26,193 nt of DNA, filler included, from Halorussus marinus (GCF_004765795.1; 9 parts of 9 records of this genome joined end to end with filler, not necessarily neighbours in it); one strand, 5' to 3'. Shown: positions 7,253 to 15,756, numbered from the whole stretch's first letter. Made by a program: numbers and translations. Notes: generated by a model from the sequence alone, not told the origin.

Positions 7253-8175
7253 CAGTCGTCACCTCCCGCAGTGCCGACCTGATCCCGGAGGCCTTGCTCG
7301 TCGTCCGAAACCGCGGGGTCGCTTTCCAGCATCTCCGACTGGAGCGGGTTCGCGTCCGGGTCGTTGCTGTTCTTGATGATCGACTCGTCGTTCAGCTGGC
7401 TGAGCATCTGCTGGACGTCCATCTCACGCTTGTTCGCGTCGATGACCTCCCGGAGCAGTTGCGGGATGGTCTCGAACCGGCGCAGGGTCACGTCCATGTA
7501 GAGCGCGGTCGCGTACGCCTTCCGTGCCTGCCCGGGTGCGCAGTGTATCTCGCCCTCGCCGGCGACGGGCGTCGCGAACGCGACGAGCGAGCCGGGGACG
7601 CACGCGGCCGCACCCCAGATCCACGTCCCGAGCCACTGCTGGCTCGCCCACGTCGCGGTCGCCAGCGCCCCGAGATAGAACGCCGTCCCGATGTAGTGCT
7701 CGCGTCGGAGGTCGTGCGGGAGGACACTTGCGAGGCGCTCGTCGTCGGTGTCCTCGTCGTACGTCCGCCACGGCCACGCCATCACCACCGTCTCGGGCTG
7801 GTGGTCGATCAGCTCCTCGGGCTCCTGGTCGATCACGAACAGCCGGTCGTAGTCGCCCGTCGCCGGGATCTCCGACGCCCGGTTGTTCACATCCAGTTTC
7901 GCGTACTTGCCCTTCAAGCGCGCCCAGAACGGCGCGAACCCGTCCTGGTAGATCGCGAGGTCCCCGTTCGGCATCTCGACCACGTCGTACCCCTCGATCT
8001 CCGCCTCCAGGGCGTCGAGCACTTCCGCGTCCTCGTCGATCGGCGACGTCGCCGCCTCGGTGTCGAACCGAACCAGCCCGATCTCCTCGACCGCCGTGTC
8101 TTGGTCGAGCAGGATCGCCGCCGCGACCCAGCCGACCGCCAGCGGGAACACCAGCGGCACCGCCGCCACCAGCGA
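7252..8175 (-). CDS. C-terminal part of a ~576-aa polytopic membrane protein (N-terminal part at 25104-26193)
   Basis: Open frame up to the contig edge. 7893-8175 is the reverse complement of 25911-26193 except for 3 substitutions. Confidence 0.8.
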   Translation of the reverse strand, partial: SLVAAVPLVFPLAVGWVAAAILLDQDTAVEEIGLVRFDTEAATSPIDEDAEVLDALEAEIEGYDVVEMPNGDLAIYQDGFAPFWARLKGKYAKLDVNNRASEIPATGDYDRLFVIDQEPEELIDHQPETVVMAWPWRTYDEDTDDERLASVLPHDLRREHYIGTAFYLGALATATWASQQWLGTWIWGAAACVPGSLVAFATPVAGEGEIHCAPGQARKAYATALYMDVTLRRFETIPQLLREVIDANKREMDVQQMLSQLNDESIIKNSNDPDANPLQSEMLESDPAVSDDEQGLRDQVGTAGGDD

Positions 8176-8275
8176 NNNNNNNNNNNNNNNNNNNNNNNNN
8201 NNNNNNNNNNNNNNNNNNNTTAATTAATTAANNNNNNNNNNNNNNNNNNNNNNNNNNNNNNNNNNNNNNNNNNNN
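8176..8275. other. Artificial contig spacer (N-run + TTAATTAATTAA + N-run); also at 13536-13635, 15757-15856, 17830-17929, 19844-19943, 21789-21888, 23591-23690, 24927-25026
   Basis: The same 100-nt linker with stops in all six frames occurs eight times. Confidence 0.98.
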
Positions 8276-8883
8276 ACACCACCGATAGCGACGGCTACTA
8301 CGAGATCAAGATCTCCGAGGACGACGTCGAGGGACTCGAGGACGGCGATGATCTGACTATTCAGGTCAACGGCGAACAGGACTCGACGTCCTACTCGGCG
8401 AGCACGTCCGAACGCTTCGACTTCAGCGTCACAGTCTCCGACGGCGACGGCGGAGACGGTTCCGACGGCGGAGATGGTTCCGACGGCGGCGACGGCGGAG
8501 ACGGTTCCGACGGTGGCGACGGCGGAGACGGTTCCGACGGTGGCGACGGCGGAGACGGTTCCGACGGCGGCGACGGCGGAGACGGTTCCGACGGCGGCGA
8601 CGGCGGAGACGGTTCCGACGGCGGCGACGGCGGAGATGGCAGCGATGGTAGTGACGGTGACGACGGCGGTGACGGTGACGACGGCGGTGACGGTGACGAC
8701 GATGCCGAGACCACCGAAACGACCGAAACTACCGAGATGACCGAACCGGAACCGACGACCGAGGCGACTGAGACGACGGAAGGTGACGGTGGCGACGGTG
8801 GTATCCCCGGATTCGGCATGATGCCGGCTCTCGTCGCGCTCGTCGCGGCCGCGCTGCTGGCGGTTCGCCGCAGCAACGAATAG
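8276..8883 (+). CDS. C-terminal part of a PGF-CTERM (archaeosortase ArtA-processed) cell-surface protein
   Basis: Frame from 8278: TTDSDGYYEIKISEDD...(DGSDGGDGG)n...Thr/Glu-rich linker...GIPGFGMMPALVALVAAALLAVRRSNE*, i.e. PGF motif, TM helix and basic tail. Not listed in the ORF track. Confidence 0.85.
8473..8634 (+). repeat. 27-bp coding tandem repeat x6 (GAYGGTTCCGACGGYGGCGACGGCGGA = DGSDGGDGG)
   Basis: Units start at 8473, 8500, 8527, 8554, 8581 and 8608, with degenerate Gly/Asp triplets on both sides. Confidence 0.95.
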
Positions 8884-8997
8884 TACTCAAAATACCGGCT
8901 TTCGCCGGTTTATTGACGATTATTTTGAAGTAGTGAAATGTTAGCGAAGCTAACTTAGTCTGAAGTACTACTCCATTCACATAACAGTGGTATTGAG

Positions 8998-9031
8998 GGG
9001 AAGCCCTGCAGCCTTAGCCGTGGAAGGATGT
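8998..9031 (+). mobile_element. Possible degenerate IS200/IS605-family end
   Basis: GGGAAGCCCTGCAGCCTTAGCCGTGGAAGGATGT resembles the GAAGCCC...TTTAGGGCGGGGAGGATGTCA hairpin end of haloarchaeal IS605/IS1341 elements. No transposase is nearby. Confidence 0.3.
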
Positions 9032-9306
9032 TAGTCTTCACCGATTGACCAATAGGTTTCTGCCTTAACCGGGAGCTCGTCGGTATCCAGAATTTCGGCA
9101 ATCTCCTCGGAAGTGACACTTCCTTTCTCATCGGCGCGTTCCATCAGTTCGGTGAACGCGCCGGTTGGGACGGCGGTGGTGTCGCCTCGCATGCGGAGGT
9201 AGAACTCGGCCGCACGATCGAGCGCCTTGCTCTTGGTGTTCTCGCCGGTCGCTTCCTGAAGGTTGTCGAGTCGTCGTTCGCGCGAGTCGGTCATTCGGAG
9301 TCGCAT
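9031..9306 (-). CDS. Small haloarchaeal protein, 91 aa, possible RHH-like DNA-binding protein
   Basis: Start re-assigned to MRLRMTDSRERRLDNLQEATGENTKSKALDRAAEFY..., a strand-helix-helix pattern. An AT-rich promoter-like stretch lies upstream. Confidence 0.65.
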   Translation of the reverse strand: MRLRMTDSRERRLDNLQEATGENTKSKALDRAAEFYLRMRGDTTAVPTGAFTELMERADEKGSVTSEEIAEILDTDELPVKAETYWSIGED

Positions 9307-9664
9307 ATTTTTGCACACGACCCCCAGATTCCTAGTTTTATCGGGTGGCTGAAACAGATAGAGTATATAAAAGAGGTCGTGGACTCCGTCCTGATCGACG
9401 CGATAGCGGGGTAGGCGGTGCGGCGCGAGGGCAGTTCTGCACACGTAGGTCGCGGATGATGTGTGCAATTTCGGGGATCGATTCGTGCCGTCTTACAACC
9501 CCATGTGGTCGCACCAGAAGTGGGATCGAGAGTTCCTCAGGAGTCCATGCCGACGTATTTTGTTGGCCCTGTTGGGATCATCCGGTAGCAGGATTAGTAC
9601 TCGAATCGCCAAGCTTCGTTCCTCAACCGAAACATGTTCAAAGCCGTATAGAATCGCTCTTTAT

Positions 9665-10108
9665 ATGGCGACTGAGTTGACAAGTGCGGAGTGTGATACT
9701 GTACTCCGTGAGTCGGGGGTCGGCGTGTTAGCGCTTACCGACGGCGACGAAGCCTACTCTATTCCGGAGTCGTTCGGCTACGACGGTGAGACCGTGTACT
9801 TCCAGCTCGTTCACACATCAGAGAGCAAAAAGATGGAGTTTCTTGAGACGACGGAGACAGCGACGCTCACAGTCTATGACGAACAGGCAGTAAAGAGCGT
9901 GCTTGTACAAGGGCCAGTTGAGCACGTTCCCGAAGACAAGCAGCCGCAGGCCGCCACCACAATCACACAAAACGCGTCCATCCCCACCCTGAACGTCTAC
10001 CCCGAAACGACACTCGAAGACACCACTATGAACTACTACCAGTTGGCACCGACCACGATCACCGGCCGAGAATTTGACCAGTTCTCCGCCTCATCCATCG
10101 ATCAATAA
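9665..10108 (+). CDS. Pyridoxamine 5'-phosphate oxidase-like (FMN-binding split barrel, NimA-type) protein, 147 aa
   Basis: Starts MATELTSAECDTVLRESGVGVLALTDGDEAYSIPESFGYDGETVYF, with S.KMEFL and SVLVQG motifs typical of the haloarchaeal family. Confidence 0.85.
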   Translation: MATELTSAECDTVLRESGVGVLALTDGDEAYSIPESFGYDGETVYFQLVHTSESKKMEFLETTETATLTVYDEQAVKSVLVQGPVEHVPEDKQPQAATTITQNASIPTLNVYPETTLEDTTMNYYQLAPTTITGREFDQFSASSIDQ

Positions 10109-10148
10109 CTCCCTCAACCAAACACGAAACACGTTTTTGCACTATAAC

Positions 10149-11567
10149 ATGGACTCACCGCCAGATTCACCCGATCTACCGACGGATGCACGCGCCTTCC
10201 AGGAGGCCGTCGAAAGCACGGGCCACGCGATCTACTGGACCGATACGACCGGCCGGATCGAGTACGTCAACCCGGCGTTCGAAGAGCAAACCGGATACAC
10301 TGCCGACGAAGCAATCGGGAATAATGCTAACCTCCTTCAGTCCGGCATCCATTCTGCACAGTTCTACGAGCGCCTCTGGGAGACAATCCTCAATGGCGAC
10401 ATCTGGAAAGGTCAAATCACCAACGAGCGGAAAAGCGGTGAGCGGTATGTCGTCAAACAAACCATCTCCCCGGTCACCCATGATGACGGGGGAATCCTGC
10501 GGTTCGTTGCCGTTAACGAGGACATCACCGACCTCCGAGAGTCCCAAGAACGACTTCAGCAGGAACGCAACCGATTCGCCAGCCTCCTTGATGCCGTCCC
10601 TGTTCCGCTTGTCATCACGGCCTTCGACGACGACACCCTCAAAGTAGAGCAAGCCAACCAGGCATTCAAAGACACGTTCGGCTTCACCGACAGCCAACTC
10701 AGTGGGGCGTCGATCGACAACCTCATCGTTGCGGAGAATCGGTCGAAGCAGGCACGGGAGATAAACGAGCAGGTACGGCGCGGCGAGCGTGTCCGCAGGG
10801 AAGTTACGCGGCGCACTGTCGACGGTAACGAGCGAACGTTCCTCCTCACTGCAACTGCGTTCGGGAGCGAGCCCCACGAGGAATCGCTTGCAACATACCT
10901 CGACATTACTGACCGGAAACAAGCCGAAGAAGAGCTCAAGCAGCGAACTCAAGAACTTGAGGACTTTGCGAATGTCGTCAGTCACGACCTCCGAAACCCG
11001 CTTAATGTCGCCAGCGGTCATCTCGGCCTGCTCGCCGAGAAGCACGAGAGTTCACACATCGACGCAATTCGGAACGCCCACGAGCGTATGCAGGAACTCA
11101 TCGAGAATATCCTCATGCTCGCTTGCCAAGGGAAGACTATCGACGACACCGAGCCGGTCGCTCTCGGCGACTGTGTCAGGGAGAGTTGGGCGACGGTCGA
11201 AACAGCGAACGCCACACTCAACGTCGAGACCATAAGCACCGTTGATGCGGACGAGAGCCGCCTCCAACAGTTGTTCGGGAATCTCATCCGGAACGCTGTC
11301 GAACACGGTGGCGACGACGTCACGATCACCGTCGGCGACCTCGAAAGTGGGTTCTACGTTGCAGACGATGGTCCCGGGATTCCACCAGCTGAACGAGAGC
11401 AGGTGTTTGAAGCGGGCCATACAAGCACCGAGACCGGGACCGGCCTCGGACTCTCTATTGTGCGAGAAGTCGTTGATGCGCACGGCTGGGAGATTGATGT
11501 CACCGAGAGCAGGACAGGCGGTGCGCGCTTCGAAATCACGGATATCAAACCCAGTACCGAGAAATAG
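10149..11567 (+). CDS. Soluble PAS/PAC sensor histidine kinase, about 472 aa
   Basis: Two PAS domains (YVNPAFEEQTGY; ANQAFKDTFGF), H-box SHDLRNPL, N-box NLIRNAVEHG, G1 DDGPGI and G2 GTGLGL. Confidence 0.92.
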   Translation: MDSPPDSPDLPTDARAFQEAVESTGHAIYWTDTTGRIEYVNPAFEEQTGYTADEAIGNNANLLQSGIHSAQFYERLWETILNGDIWKGQITNERKSGERYVVKQTISPVTHDDGGILRFVAVNEDITDLRESQERLQQERNRFASLLDAVPVPLVITAFDDDTLKVEQANQAFKDTFGFTDSQLSGASIDNLIVAENRSKQAREINEQVRRGERVRREVTRRTVDGNERTFLLTATAFGSEPHEESLATYLDITDRKQAEEELKQRTQELEDFANVVSHDLRNPLNVASGHLGLLAEKHESSHIDAIRNAHERMQELIENILMLACQGKTIDDTEPVALGDCVRESWATVETANATLNVETISTVDADESRLQQLFGNLIRNAVEHGGDDVTITVGDLESGFYVADDGPGIPPAEREQVFEAGHTSTETGTGLGLSIVREVVDAHGWEIDVTESRTGGARFEITDIKPSTEK

Positions 11568-11569
11568 CT

Positions 11570-11711
11570 GGCTCTGTCGTTCGCCAATTCTGCAGCCACA
11601 CGTTGGCGCGGAGCGGCAAAATTTTGAGGGTTTCTGAACTGAGTGAATGACCGATCCTTGAGGTCGTACTAGTAGACTCACAACAACTGTTAATAGAACT
11701 TCAACAGAGCC
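11570..11711. mobile_element. Possible MITE / IS remnant, 142 bp
   Basis: Terminal inverted repeat GGCTCTGT...ACAGAGCC. The right end (reverse complement GGCTCTGTTGAA) resembles the IS5-type end at 17704 (GGCTGTGTTGAA). The interior is AT-richer and non-coding; no clear target duplication. Confidence 0.35.
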
Positions 11712-11726
11712 ATTCAGTTTGGTTGG

Positions 11727-11936
11727 TCACTCGGCAGCGCTAGAGGACGTGAGGGATTCAGCGTCAACCAGTTTGAACTCCCATTTGCCGTCATCGGTGC
11801 GCCGGAGCGAGACGAACTGTTCGTCGAAGAGGAGGTTTCCCTCCAGGTCAGCGAGTCCTTCCTCGCGAAGATCGTCTTTCGGGACAGTCAGGCCAGCAGT
11901 CGTTTCGTCGAGTTTCCGGAGTTTCAGCAGTGCCAT
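11727..11936 (-). CDS. Small protein, 69 aa, possible AbrB/SpoVT-like regulator
   Basis: MALLKLRKLDETTAGLTVPKDDLREEGL fits the swapped-hairpin pattern K-L-x-x-x-x-x-x-x-G-[LV]-T-[VIL]-P-K. Transcribed divergently from the downstream operon. Confidence 0.6.
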   Translation of the reverse strand: MALLKLRKLDETTAGLTVPKDDLREEGLADLEGNLLFDEQFVSLRRTDDGKWEFKLVDAESLTSSSAAE

Positions 11937-12103
11937 GGTGGGTCCACCCCGACAGATACCTTCACCACTCATTAATGTTGGTCTCGTGGTGGTCTCGCCT
12001 ACACGAAACCGCCATTTTACGGGGAAACTTAGGCGCTGATGGGGTTTTCGGCGGTATCGGGCGCGCCCGCGTTTACTGCGTTCCGCGCGCTCGGACCCGA
12101 ACT

Positions 12104-12211
12104 ATGGCTAACCGAACTGCTGACCCGTCAGTTGATGGGTCACACGACGAACGCACCGACTGGACAACCGACTGGCGGAACCTCGAAAAGCGCCGCGGAG
12201 GGCGCGTATGA
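12104..12211 (+). CDS. Short leader ORF, 35 aa
   Basis: MANRTADPSVDGSHDERTDWTTDWRNLEKRRGGRV*, with an ATGA overlap and GGAGG SD into the next gene, and TTTACT about 30 nt upstream. Confidence 0.4.
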   Translation: MANRTADPSVDGSHDERTDWTTDWRNLEKRRGGRV

Positions 12212-12606
12212 GCGACGGCGAGGTCGCCGTCCAGCAGAACGGCCACACCCACGCCGTCCAGGCGCCGAGCCTCGACGGCACCGTTACCGTCGACGTTGAC
12301 CAGAACACCGTACATCTCCCGGCGAACTTCGGCGCGGTGTATCACGAGGACCGCCTCGACGACATCGACGAGGAGATCGCGACCGACGGCGGGCACGCAG
12401 CTCGGACGGAGGTCGAGATGTCCGGGTTCGGTCTCACCGACTACCAGTCGTTCTGGTCGCTGATCGGCTCGGGACTCGGCCTCGCGGCGAGCGGCTACCT
12501 CTGGGGCCTCCCGAACACAGGGCTGGCTGCGCTCATCGTGTTCTGCGTTTCAATCGGGATCGGCTACATCGCCGCACGGTCGTTCGGAGGTGGTCTCGAT
12601 GCGTAA
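12208..12606 (+). CDS. Hypothetical protein, 132 aa, two C-terminal TM helices
   Basis: Acidic N-half ending in an ATDGG motif and a hydrophobic C-half. Its stop overlaps the next start (ATGCGTAA). Confidence 0.7.
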   Translation: MSDGEVAVQQNGHTHAVQAPSLDGTVTVDVDQNTVHLPANFGAVYHEDRLDDIDEEIATDGGHAARTEVEMSGFGLTDYQSFWSLIGSGLGLAASGYLWGLPNTGLAALIVFCVSIGIGYIAARSFGGGLDA

Positions 12607-13535
12607 CCGGCTTCAGCAGGTGTTCGCGCTGACCGCCGTGCTGCTGATGGCGACGATGCCCGCCGCCGCACAGTCCTCGACCGGCCTCGCGGTCGGCACC
12701 AGCGACAAGGTGCCGAACCCCGAGTTCACCGGTACCGTCGAGAAGGCCGCCCACCAGCTCGGGACGAACAACACCACGCTGGACTACCAGGACGACAACG
12801 GGAACTGGAAGACGCTGAACGGCTCGCTCGCGAACGAGTCGAATCCGGTCACGTTGCGTGCGGACAATCTCGCTTTCGATGCTGCTTCTCAGTTCCCGTC
12901 CGAATCGAACTCGACACTCGACGCAAGCGAGTGGACGACCTCGGCCGGCACCAACTCGGACGTGAACGTGTCGAGTCCTGACGCGGACGTTCAGACGCTC
13001 TCGGTCGACGCGAACGTGGCGAACACCGAGTCCGCGACCGCGACGTTCGACCGAGTCTCGATCACCAGCGACGTCGGCAAGCGCGTGTTCTGGGCCGCCG
13101 CGAACATCCAGACGCTGAACGGTACTGCCGAACTCGTCATCGCGGACAGTGACGGCGACGAGAAGCGCCTCCACCTCAACGGGTCGGCGTCGGCCAACGA
13201 CGCGGACGTCCTTGCGGACGGCACCGGCAACGGGTTCGTCTCCCAGGCCGACGTCTCGGGCCTCGCGGTAGAGGGATCGGGCGACGGCACGTTCGACGGC
13301 ATTCAGTCGATCAAGATCGTCGTCAACGACGGCGACCTCGACGCTGATTTCACGACGCTGTCGACGGATCGACTGAGCAAGGTCAGCTACGGCGTCCAGC
13401 ACATCGACCAGGACGGCGACAACACGACCGAGAACGTCACCGTCTACGAACCGACGGGCGCGTACGACGTCCACAGCGTCGACTCGCTCGGCGCGCCGTT
13501 CGACAACGCGACCGTCTACGGCATGGAGTTCGATT
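12599..13535 (+). CDS. Secreted glycoprotein, partial (putative viral envelope/structural protein)
   Basis: Start MRNRLQQVFALTAVLLMATMPAAAQ (signal peptide) after GGAGGT, beta-rich acidic ectodomain with about 10 N-x-S/T sequons, open to the contig end. Confidence 0.75.
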
Positions 13536-13635
13536 NNNNNNNNNNNNNNNNNNNNNNNNNNNNNNNNNNNNNNNNNNNNTTAATTAATTAANNNNNNNNN
13601 NNNNNNNNNNNNNNNNNNNNNNNNNNNNNNNNNNN

Positions 13636-15157
13636 GGGCGAAGCGCTGTCGCTCGCGGACCTCATCACGTACGGCCCCTGGTCGTTCACCACCAACCACG
13701 ACATCCCGGCCGGCGACTGGCGGATCGCACTCCGCTACCGTGTTGAGGGCGACACGGACTTCGCGAATCCGGCCTACCGGGTGCTGGTGGACGGCCAAGA
13801 GATCGCGTCGGTCTCAGAGAACGTCCTGCTCGGCGGCATGAACTGGGTGTTCGAGGTCGGCGACTTCGAGCTGACTGCGGGGTCGCACGACATCGAGATT
13901 GACGTGACCGCGGCCGGCACCGAGACGATGTACCTCGACGTCGTCAACGCCCACGACGCCCGGTACTACGATACAAGCGATTCGGACGACTTCCCCTCTG
14001 ACAATATCGACATCAACGGGCCGCTGCCCGGCCCGCAGGACTACGTCGCCGGCAGCCGGGAGACCTCGGACATCACGACGGCCCAGCAAGTCGTGGGCGG
14101 CCGGCTCGAGGCAACGATCGACGACACATCGGGCGGGCAGGCGGTCGCGATCAGCAACGACCAGGGCCAGACGTGGCTCTCGGCTCAGAACAGCGAGACG
14201 GTCGACGGCTCCTTTGCGGATCCGAGCGGCCGGATCCGGGCGCGGTTCACGGTCGGCGGCTACGGCAGCCGGCTCGACGAGACGCCATCGGAGGGCTACC
14301 AGCCCCAGTCGGTCGACCTCTACGACCTCTACGCTGACCTCGACGAGACGCCGGCGTTCATCAACCAGTCGTTCGACGGCCACCTCGACCGGATCCTACG
14401 GGATGGAGCCGACCAGGGTGATTTCATCTGGGAGTACACGCTCGTGGATGAGACGCCGACGGTGGTCTGGACGCAGCCCGGCCAGCGCGTCAGCGACGAC
14501 GAACTCGATCTCGTCGACTACCGGCTCAACAAGCGCAGCGGTAGCGTCTACGAGAAGGTCACGGTGGTCGGTAGTCCGCAGACGGTACGGTCGGAGCAGT
14601 TCACCGCCGACGTCGGGACAGCGGTCGAGCTGCCCCACGAGTATCTTGTCGATGGAAGCGAGACGGTGATCGACCCAGCGAACCCCGGCCAGACGTTCGA
14701 ACGCAACGTCGACTACAACATCTCGTACTTGGACGGCACGATCACGGTGCTCTCGGCGGGCAGCATGAGCGACGGAACGACGTACGAGGTCGACTACCAG
14801 TCCGAGACCCGTGGGTCGTATGCGTTCGACAGCGCTTCGGATCCGCGGGAGGCACCCCAGCAGACGATCCCGGGGTTGACGAGCCCGCAGGCCGCTGAGC
14901 AGGCGGCGATCACGATCGTCAACGAGGTCTCCGAGCCGTTGTGGGATGTGGAGCTGACGGTGCCGCCGCGCGAGGTTGGGTTCGATGTCGCGACCGCGCT
15001 CGCGCTCCCCCAGTTGCCGACGGATGGTCCGGTTGAGGTGCGGAATGTGTCGAATAGTCCGTCGGAGATCGCGATCGAGGCTGGGAGTCGGGAGTCGGTT
15101 GGGGAGGTCGTCCAGCAGATCCAGGAACGAGTTGGACAGGTGTCGCGGCGCAGCTAG
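13636..15157 (+). CDS. Partial putative tail/baseplate-region protein of a tailed haloarchaeal provirus
   Basis: Open frame from the contig start (13637), beta-rich and acidic. The segment FERNVDYNISYLDGTITVL and the C-terminal coiled stretch resemble halovirus minor tail proteins. Lies upstream of a tail-spike-like gene. Confidence 0.6.
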
Positions 15158-15248
15158 ATCGGGTAGGGTGATGACCCCGGCGGTGGGCGAGCCAGCATCC
15201 GATGCAAGTGGCCTATACTTTAAGACAGATTCGTGAGAACCAGCAAGT

Positions 15249-15647
15249 ATGTTCAAACGGCGGTCACTACTGCAACTCCTCTCCACCATCGGCGTCGCCA
15301 GCCTCGCCGGCTGCGGCGGCGACCTCGACCCAAACCCAGATCCCGCGACTACTGACCAAAAGCCGACAACAACGACAGTCAGCACAACCACGCCAGTCCG
15401 AGAAACGACGACCACAACAACCGTCGGCGCTGCTACTGTCGCCGGGACGACCGTCGACAGCACCGAGCAGACCACGACACCGACAGCGGCACCGACGGCA
15501 ACCGAATCGCGTTCACCACCGGACAACAGCGGCGGAGGCGGTGGTGGAAACGTCGGTGGCGGTGGCGGCCAGGAGACGACGACCGTGCCGGAGCGCGACG
15601 TCGGTCCGGACGTCACGGTGAGCGACAACACGAACGTTACTGAGTGA
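15249..15647 (+). CDS. Tat-exported lipoprotein, 132 aa, Thr/Gly-rich and low complexity
   Basis: Twin-arginine KRRSLL and lipobox LAGC. TTTAAG TATA-like box about 30 nt upstream. Confidence 0.75.
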   Translation: MFKRRSLLQLLSTIGVASLAGCGGDLDPNPDPATTDQKPTTTTVSTTTPVRETTTTTTVGAATVAGTTVDSTEQTTTPTAAPTATESRSPPDNSGGGGGGNVGGGGGQETTTVPERDVGPDVTVSDNTNVTE

Positions 15648-15756
15648 TACCATGGCAGACCGAGTTATCTTCCAGAACGACGACGCACTGAGTGAACAGA
15701 ATCTCTCCCAGCAGCGAGCTCGGGAGAACAGCACCGACTACGTCGAGCGCGGCCTC
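15630..15756 (+). repeat. 127-bp assembly overlap identical to 15857-15983 (contains the start of the MADRVIFQND gene at 15652)
   Basis: Direct comparison. The length equals a typical de Bruijn k-mer of 127. Confidence 0.92.

Larger units (their letters stand above)
1..8175 (-). mobile_element. Part of a pleolipovirus-like provirus/plasmid element
   Basis: Single-strand coupled operon of membrane proteins, a pleolipovirus-type NTPase, a large surface protein and an MCM fragment, with no other host housekeeping genes. Confidence 0.7.

Noticed and set aside
5058..8231. Long plus-strand ORFs (437, 426, 235 aa etc.)
   Set aside because: Arg/Pro-rich antisense shadows of acidic minus-strand genes, typical of high-GC DNA.
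8176..8275. Recurrent TTAATTAATTAA motif within N-runs as a biological repeat
   Set aside because: It is an artificial six-frame-stop contig linker of constant 100-nt length.
8473..8634. Regular repeats as a CRISPR array
   Set aside because: There are no unique spacers. It is an in-frame coding tandem repeat, and no cas genes are present in the window.
8391..8876. Pro/Ser-rich (PSPPSE)n extensin-like protein on the minus strand
   Set aside because: It is the antisense reading of the Gly/Asp repeat. The plus frame has a valid PGF-CTERM.
9665..11567. PNPOx-like gene plus PAS kinase as a novel sensing system
   Set aside because: Both are very common, expanded families in haloarchaea, and there is no evidence beyond adjacency.
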